From IMG/VR virus record IMGVR_UViG_3300034013_000894: 20,000 nucleotides of DNA. The stretch is one strand, 5' to 3'. This DNA is from an uncultured virus (IMG/VR IMGVR_UViG_3300034013_000894). Its lineage: Duplodnaviria; Heunggongvirae; Uroviricota; Caudoviricetes. Below the pieces are notes generated by a model, which saw only the letters and a program-made list of their open reading frames with translations, ran no database searches and was not told where the DNA came from. Below, in pieces: positions 14,653 through 20,000 of the stretch (position 1 is the stretch's first letter; every line of letters starts with the position of its first letter). The position numbers were made by a program, and so were the translations under genes.

Positions 14653-15158
14653 TGCGCTACGGGTATGGGAGCGGGGCTCGCAACGTGGCATCTGGCAATG
14701 ACTCAAGCGTTTTGGACGAAAGCCCGAAGCTCAAAAGCCAGGTGCTCAACCTTCTGGTGGGGGAGAAGATAGGCGAGGGCGCCTTCCGACGGGTTTATGC
14801 CTTGCGGCATGATCCGAGCATAGTCATCAAGGTTGACTATGACGGCAGCCTGAGCAATGCGCAGGAATGGCTTATCTGGTGTGACCTCGAGAACAGTGAG
14901 TGGCGCAAATGGTTGGCCCCGTGCGTGGCCATTGACGAGTTCACGGGTGCCCTGCTTCAGAAGCGTTGCCGCCCACTCACCGACGCGGAATGGGAAGCCT
15001 TCACCGAAGTGCCTGCTTTTCTCAACGACACATTGAAGCGGTCGAATTGGGGCTGGTATGAAGAAGGCGATGAGCCCGGCAGGCCGGTGATGGTCGACTA
15101 TGCAATCAATAACCTGTCACGCCGCGGCTTGGCGCGCATGAGGATGGTGAAGCGATGA
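14652..15158 (+). CDS. Minimal protein-kinase-like (Ser/Thr kinase fold) protein
   Basis: Gly-rich loop IGEGAFRRVY, VIK lysine, helix-C NAQE, D..KRSNWG catalytic loop, VMVDY (DFG equivalent); TGATG-coupled. Confidence 0.7.
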   Translation: MRYGYGSGARNVASGNDSSVLDESPKLKSQVLNLLVGEKIGEGAFRRVYALRHDPSIVIKVDYDGSLSNAQEWLIWCDLENSEWRKWLAPCVAIDEFTGALLQKRCRPLTDAEWEAFTEVPAFLNDTLKRSNWGWYEEGDEPGRPVMVDYAINNLSRRGLARMRMVKR

Positions 15159-15406
15159 TTGCAATCCTAGCTAAGCGGCTTCAAGACGGCCATGACTTTG
15201 TCCGCACCCTTGGGGTCGAGAAGGTCACTGGTGAAGATAGCGGGCTCTTGACCAACGGGCACAAGTTCCGCATCATCACGCGGGAGGAGCAGCTGCGCGG
15301 CTTGGAACTCCACGACTTCTTCATCGCTTGGCCGCAGCAAGGTGGATGGAACCACCTACCTTTGATGCAACGAGCCATGACCAGACTTCGCAATGGCAAA
15401 ACGTGA
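15155..15406 (+). CDS. Hypothetical protein, 83 aa
   Basis: ATGA-coupled. Confidence 0.7.
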   Translation: MIAILAKRLQDGHDFVRTLGVEKVTGEDSGLLTNGHKFRIITREEQLRGLELHDFFIAWPQQGGWNHLPLMQRAMTRLRNGKT

Positions 15407-15638
15407 ACCCAATATCCCACGCATGATATGGCGTGACAAGCAATTTGGGTTGAACGATGAATGCCCAGGTTGCGGCTGCATCATGCATGTGGGCGGCAAA
15501 AATGACGCCACGCTATGCACCGTGGATCACATCATACCTCTGGTGGAGGGCGGCGTGGACGAGGAGTGGAACTGGTCCCTCCTTTGTAAGGGCTGTAACA
15601 ATGCCAAAGGTGACTACATGGAGGACGATCGAGCATGA
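15393..15638 (+). CDS. HNH endonuclease
   Basis: CPGCG...TVDHIIPLVEGG...NWSLLCKGCNNAKG, canonical zinc-binding HNH pattern. Confidence 0.9.
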   Translation: MAKREPNIPRMIWRDKQFGLNDECPGCGCIMHVGGKNDATLCTVDHIIPLVEGGVDEEWNWSLLCKGCNNAKGDYMEDDRA

Positions 15639-15798
15639 AAACCATCCGCGGCAGCGCGAAGGAGCGCATAAGCGCTTCTTCTGGCTAGCTAAGAAGCGTC
15701 TCGGGCCACGGTGGTGGGACATGCCCGAGCGCGAAGTCGCCCGATTGCTCCGTAGGTGGTCCCATTGACGCGTTTTCTAACTTGAAAGGAGACTTAAC

Positions 15799-16416
15799 TT
15801 GCTCATTTCGTTCCCGAAGCTCACCCGGTTCAGTCATGATTGGACCATTACCGAGAAGATTGATGGCACAAACGCCCAAGTCATCATTGTTCCAACCTCC
15901 GATGAGGCCGCAGTAGGGCATCATATGTCTTCATTGGCCTGTGTGGATGACTACTTGGTCTTTGCAGGGTCTCGCACTCGCATCATCACTCCCGACGCGG
16001 ACAACCATGGCTTTGCCAAGTGGGTTCAGCGTGAAGCCAATGATCTTGTGCAGGCTTTAGGTGAAGGCCGGCACTTCGGCGAATGGTGCGGACTGGGCAT
16101 TCAGCGCAATTACGGGCTCAAGGAGAAGGTCTTCGCCCTCTTCAACACTCATCGTTGGACTGGCGTCGACCTGCCTGACAGGGTGCGGGTTGTTCCGATC
16201 CTGGCTCAAGGCTATATGGAGGACGTCGGCTCCGAGGCGTTGCGCCAGATGGAGACGCTCAAGCAGGACGGGTCGCGGTTTGCCGAAGGCTTTGGCAACC
16301 CGGAAGGTGTGGTCATGCGTCATGGGCCGAGTGGCACCTTGCTCAAGAAGACCTATGACTATGACGAGCTTGGGAAGTGGGCGGAGAACCAGGCCCGCAA
16401 GGTAGGGGAGGCATAA
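15799..16416 (+). CDS. ATP-dependent RNA ligase, Rnl2-like adenylyltransferase domain
   Basis: FPK N-terminus, TEKIDGTN (I), GSR (Ia), FGEW (III), FALF (IIIa), EGVV (IV), LKK (V); no OB domain; AAAGGAG RBS before TTG. Confidence 0.85.
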   Translation: MLISFPKLTRFSHDWTITEKIDGTNAQVIIVPTSDEAAVGHHMSSLACVDDYLVFAGSRTRIITPDADNHGFAKWVQREANDLVQALGEGRHFGEWCGLGIQRNYGLKEKVFALFNTHRWTGVDLPDRVRVVPILAQGYMEDVGSEALRQMETLKQDGSRFAEGFGNPEGVVMRHGPSGTLLKKTYDYDELGKWAENQARKVGEA

Positions 16417-16496
16417 CTCCTTCTTGCGGGCGCGGCTCCCGCAGGGACAGCGCGCACACGCAGCGCTTAAGCGACCCAGCCCCGTGTGCGAGGCGG

Positions 16497-16531
16497 AAGG
16501 CCCGTTGGAGTTATTCTCCAGCGGGCCTTTT
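16497..16531 (+). terminator. Probable intrinsic terminator
   Basis: AAGGCCCGTTGGAG-TTATT-CTCCAGCGGGCCTT(TT), 14-bp stem with a G:U pair only on the + strand; U-tract is short. Confidence 0.6.
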
Positions 16532-16582
16532 CCGTAGGTGCTGGTCCGCGCGGGCCCCTCACGCGTGATAGTTCGTCTCCCC

Positions 16583-17278
16583 ATGGCCAACAACAGTATC
16601 CCGTATGGTCACCCGCACAGGAAAACACTGCGCAACACAGACCTGGAGTTCCCCATGGGCGACGACGACTTTGAAATCATGGCTGATGCCGCCCTAGGTC
16701 CCGAGCCAGAGCAGGATGGCGATGCTGCCCTGCGTCTGCCTAGTGACCAGAGCTCCGGTGCTGTGCACAAGCAGTATATCCAAGATCGTTTGCGGGGAGC
16801 CCGGCTTCTCACGATGCCCACGTTGCAGGACGCTTTGTCCGCGCGGCGCAAGCGCATGTTCCTCGTTGCCCTGGCCGAGACCGGGATCATCTCGCAGGCC
16901 TGTGCCCGTGCAGGCTGGACGCCTCATGTGGCAAAGAGTGTGCGGGCAGCGGATCAGGACTTTGCGGCTCGGTGGGATGATGCTCTCGAGTTCGCGGCCG
17001 ACGCAGCGGAAGCTGAAGCTTTCCGTCGCGGCATGCATGGATACGAAAAGGACGTCTACTTCAAGGGTGAAAAGGTCGGCAAGGAGGTCATCTATTCGGA
17101 CCGCCTGCTCGAGCTGACGCTCAGGGCTCGTCGTCCTGACAAGTTCCGTGACAGCCACAAGATGGAGCTTGAGACCAAGGGCGGCGTGCTGGTTGTTCCG
17201 GCTACTCCCAATGAGGGTGACTGGGAAGCACAAAGCATGGCAGGACAGGCCAAGTATCGGGAAGCCCCCGAAGACTAA
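16583..17278 (+). CDS. Probable terminase small subunit (start 16583 or 16655)
   Basis: FLVALAETGIISQACARAG HTH, then DQDFAARWDDALE...EAEAFRRG..GYEKDVYFKGEKVG...YSDRLLELTLRARRPDKFRD, a pattern characteristic of this TerS family; sits between HNH and virion genes. Confidence 0.75.
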   Translation: MANNSIPYGHPHRKTLRNTDLEFPMGDDDFEIMADAALGPEPEQDGDAALRLPSDQSSGAVHKQYIQDRLRGARLLTMPTLQDALSARRKRMFLVALAETGIISQACARAGWTPHVAKSVRAADQDFAARWDDALEFAADAAEAEAFRRGMHGYEKDVYFKGEKVGKEVIYSDRLLELTLRARRPDKFRDSHKMELETKGGVLVVPATPNEGDWEAQSMAGQAKYREAPED

Positions 17279-17288
17279 GGAGACTCCT

Positions 17289-17456
17289 ATGGACTGGCCC
17301 GCCGCTGCAGTGCTTATTGCAGGCATTCTTGGCATCACTCTCTACCTGCGCGCAAAAGTGCTAGCTGAGAGTGATGTCAACATCGAACAGATTTGTGCAG
17401 ATCATGAGCTGGCCCTGGCTAGGTTGGCACTCATTGATGGCAATACGGTGCACTGA
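17289..17456 (+). CDS. Small protein with N-terminal TM helix, 55 aa
   Basis: TAAGGAG RBS; MDWPAAAVLIAGILGITLYL. Confidence 0.7.
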   Translation: MDWPAAAVLIAGILGITLYLRAKVLAESDVNIEQICADHELALARLALIDGNTVH

Positions 17457-17887
17457 TGGCAGGCTATGTTGAAATGCCCCTCTCCGGGGTCACGGATGGC
17501 ATAAAACGCCAGGCTCTTGAAGAGGCAATGAAGGCCGCATCCCTTCAATCAGCCCAGCAACGGCTGCTTGGATCAAACAATCGGACAGCCGTTCGGCCCA
17601 AGACGGCTGAAGAAGCAGGTCTTCGCCGGGTTGATGCCCGTGTCGAAGTGCGTCCGGAGGTTGATCCCAAGACCGGTGATGTCTGCATCGAGGTTGCGGT
17701 CTACTCGCTGATGAAGCCCGGCGCCTTCAAGCGGGTTCTTGTGAGCCGCTATGCACCCACGGCAGAGGTCCAGATTGCCGCAGGAGCCTGCGCTGAAGAG
17801 TGCTGCGATATGTTTGGTGATCCTTTTGATCCCGCGCAGGCTGCGCAGGAAGCCACAGAAAAGCTGCAAAGGCTGCGAGACTCGTAA
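17456..17887 (+). CDS. Hypothetical protein, 143 aa
   Basis: TGATG-coupled; clean ORF. Confidence 0.75.
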   Translation: MAGYVEMPLSGVTDGIKRQALEEAMKAASLQSAQQRLLGSNNRTAVRPKTAEEAGLRRVDARVEVRPEVDPKTGDVCIEVAVYSLMKPGAFKRVLVSRYAPTAEVQIAAGACAEECCDMFGDPFDPAQAAQEATEKLQRLRDS

Positions 17888-18109
17888 ACAACGACTCAAA
17901 GCCCCCAAAATATATGCCCATGGCGGGTCGCAGCCAGCTAAGAGGCCCTCATGGGGCCACTTATCCGCATGTCTTTAGGGACATGATAGCGTAACTTGTC
18001 TTCTCTAATAATATCTCTTGATGCCTGCCTTTTAGGTGGGGTAACGCCGGCTCACGTAACGTCAGAGCCTTGATACATGCGGCGATATTCTAAAAGAGGA
18101 CCCACTTAA

Positions 18110-18727
18110 ATGGTCGATCGCACCTTCAATCCCGGTGAGCCCATCTCGGCGGAAAACCGTAAGCCCGTTGATCTGTCAAATGAGGACATTGTGCAACTTG
18201 CAGCGGCAATTGCCGGAGGCGGCGGAAACGGCGGGGGCGGTGGCGGCGCCTCGAATACGACCGAAGCCACCCAACTGCTTGTGCTGGCAGAACTACAGAA
18301 CCTCGACACGGACGTTGGCGCGCCGGCTGATGCCGCAGCAGCAGCCGATGGCACCGGGAGCTATTCGGTCATTGCCGGGATTAAGCGTGGCCTGCTAAAT
18401 TGGGTCACTCTGCTCGCACGCACTCCTACGCTGGATCAGAAGAACATGGCGGGATCGTCCCCTGTGGTCATCGCTTCGGATCAGAGCACGCTGCCCACTG
18501 GTGATCGCAACGGACAGGGCGCTGTGCGCTACACCACCGATACCACGCCAGTCTCGGGAGGCAGCTTTTCCCAGATCATGTGCCTGACCGCCACAACCTT
18601 TTCGGCGCTGGCCCGGACGGGTGCCTCGGGCTCTCTGGTGGGTGTATCGCTGCCTGCGGGGACGCTGCTGGTGGGGCCGTTCACGGCCTACACTCTGACC
18701 TCCGGCGCTGTGGCAGCTTACGCCTAA
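18110..18727 (+). CDS. Probable virion structural/accessory protein, 205 aa
   Basis: GAGGA RBS; poly-Gly linker, G/A/S/T-rich, SSPVVIASDQS motif, beta-rich C-terminus. Confidence 0.6.
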   Translation: MVDRTFNPGEPISAENRKPVDLSNEDIVQLAAAIAGGGGNGGGGGGASNTTEATQLLVLAELQNLDTDVGAPADAAAAADGTGSYSVIAGIKRGLLNWVTLLARTPTLDQKNMAGSSPVVIASDQSTLPTGDRNGQGAVRYTTDTTPVSGGSFSQIMCLTATTFSALARTGASGSLVGVSLPAGTLLVGPFTAYTLTSGAVAAYA

Positions 18728-20000
18728 TGCGGACCCTGACGCAGGCCCTCACGCTCAACAGCATCGCAACGGCGATGCATGAAACGCTTGTTGTCAGCAC
18801 TCCGCCGGTCAACACCGTGCTTCCCGTAATTTCGCAGACGGGTTCGGTGCTATCGGTAACGACTGGCACATGGACGGGCACTGCGCCGATAACCTATGCG
18901 TATCAGTTCACGCGCAACGGAACGCCTGTTGGTGCTCCGTCGGCATCGCAGAATTACACCATTCCGGATGCTGACTTGAACGCCTTGTTTGGCTGTATTG
19001 TCACTGCGACAAATTCTGCGGGCAATGCCAGCGCGGCGGCGGCGCTTCTTTATGTTGGCGTGATGGATGTATTGTCCGTGCAGCCAGCGGTCAATTATGA
19101 GTTGCGTCGTGAAAGGCGCAGTTACACTGGCCTCAATAAACGTGTGCGTCGGTCGAGTGACAATGCGGAAGCCAATTTCGGCTTTGCTACGGCAGCGCAA
19201 ACACGCACTAACCTTGCGGCGATACCGATTAACAATAATGGTGGGTCTACTGCGCCCGGCGTGACCATGACTGTCACGGGGACCGGAACCGAGTTTGGAC
19301 AGCCCTACGTAGATGTGCGCTGGCAAGGGACGGCATCTGCTGCTGATTTTCTGCAATTTAATCACAGCGCAGTGGGTGCTTTTAATCCAACCATTCACGC
19401 TCCTGTGACCCCCGGCCTTACTTATACAATATCAATAGGTTTTATGCTTGTTTCTGGCACTGCGCCAAGCGGGGCTTTATTTGTCCGTGGAAAGCAATGT
19501 AATAATGTTGGCAGTTTTATAGGAGGGACTGGAGTTAGTTTAGGATCCGTGACTTCTACGTTGCAGCGCGGCGCGGTTATTGGGGTAGCGCTAGCTAACG
19601 CCGCTTTTATTCAGCCTAACATCTACATGTCCGTCAATAATGGCGAGGTGGTTGATGTAACCATCCGCTTTTACGCCGCCAATGTCGAACTTGGTGTTGG
19701 TAATGCTCGCCCGCTTTTGCAGCGCAATGTTCCGGAAACGGTTGCCGATATTGGTGAACTTGACGCCGAGGCGCTGCTTAATTTTGTCGGTAATGGCAAC
19801 GGCTTTGTCACCATTTTGCATGACAAAAGCGGCAATGGTCGCAATGCCGCGCAGACAACGCCGGGTAGTCAGCCGCAGATTGTTAGCAACGGTGCGATAC
19901 AGACGCAAAACGGACGCCCCATGCCGCGCTTTAACGGGTCAAATACGTTTTTCAGTGGTGTATCCCTTCCACTTTCCCAGTTTACCTTAATATCTGTGTT
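18727..20000 (+). CDS. Probable virion adhesin/tail-fibre-like protein: Ig-like domain + ConA/arabinofuranosidase-B-like domain with an insertion; 3' end outside window (not in ORF track)
   Basis: TAATG coupling; frame open to window end; PVNTVLPVIS...VTTGTWTGTAPITYAYQF (Ig-like), YELRR...RVRRSSDNAEANFGF and GELDAEALLNFVGNGNGFVTILHDKSGNGRNAAQ...QPQIV. Confidence 0.8.
   Translation, partial: MRTLTQALTLNSIATAMHETLVVSTPPVNTVLPVISQTGSVLSVTTGTWTGTAPITYAYQFTRNGTPVGAPSASQNYTIPDADLNALFGCIVTATNSAGNASAAAALLYVGVMDVLSVQPAVNYELRRERRSYTGLNKRVRRSSDNAEANFGFATAAQTRTNLAAIPINNNGGSTAPGVTMTVTGTGTEFGQPYVDVRWQGTASAADFLQFNHSAVGAFNPTIHAPVTPGLTYTISIGFMLVSGTAPSGALFVRGKQCNNVGSFIGGTGVSLGSVTSTLQRGAVIGVALANAAFIQPNIYMSVNNGEVVDVTIRFYAANVELGVGNARPLLQRNVPETVADIGELDAEALLNFVGNGNGFVTILHDKSGNGRNAAQTTPGSQPQIVSNGAIQTQNGRPMPRFNGSNTFFSGVSLPLSQFTLISV

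Larger units (their letters stand above)
1..20000. mobile_element. Fragment of a tailed dsDNA bacteriophage genome (replication, early, packaging and virion gene blocks)
   Basis: Primase-helicase, DNA ligase, two RNA ligases, HNH nucleases, terminase-small-like gene, Ig/lectin-fold virion-type gene, and many small ATGA/TGATG-coupled ORFs; no host genes or integrase seen. Confidence 0.93.

Noticed and set aside
16417..16535. tRNA or self-cleaving ribozyme
   Set aside because: No cloverleaf, T-loop GTTC or CCA end; no hammerhead core, and the TAAGCG word lacks the rest of a pistol ribozyme
16057..17338. Long minus-strand ORFs 16057-16593 and 16694-17338
   Set aside because: Antisense shadows of the RNA ligase and terS genes, without motifs
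19340..19620. AT-rich patch as a diversity-generating retroelement variable region
   Set aside because: No template repeat or reverse transcriptase in the window

Overview
The whole window is a fragment of a tailed dsDNA bacteriophage genome; no host housekeeping genes are visible. It has four parts. (i) 1-1959 (+): the end of a replication/nucleotide operon with the C-terminus of an SF3/D5-type primase-helicase, a NADAR-like protein, a P-loop nucleotide kinase resembling those linked to phage base modification, and an HNH-like nuclease. (ii) 1956-14130 (-): a convergent block of tightly coupled genes with five TTTAC(A/T)-N17-(-10) sigma70-type promoters. It contains a repair operon (DenV-like glycosylase, RtcB, ATP-dependent DNA ligase), an AAA+ ATPase, many small early-type ORFs, repeated intergenic hairpins and a 278-bp palindromic GTCCGAC array that looks like a replication origin. 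(iii) ~14000-14520: an AT-rich divergent control region with hairpins and a 40-bp tandem repeat. (iv) 14521-20000 (+): a kinase-like protein, an HNH nuclease, an Rnl2-type RNA ligase, a probable terminase small subunit and virion-type genes, the last running off the window. The most notable observations are one ~50-aa helical domain in three early proteins (once fused to the AAA+ ATPase), the iteron-like palindrome, a symmetric 78-nt stem-bubble at the first leftward transcription start, and two unrelated RNA ligases alongside other repair/counter-defence enzymes. All family calls come from motif recognition by eye, not database searches.
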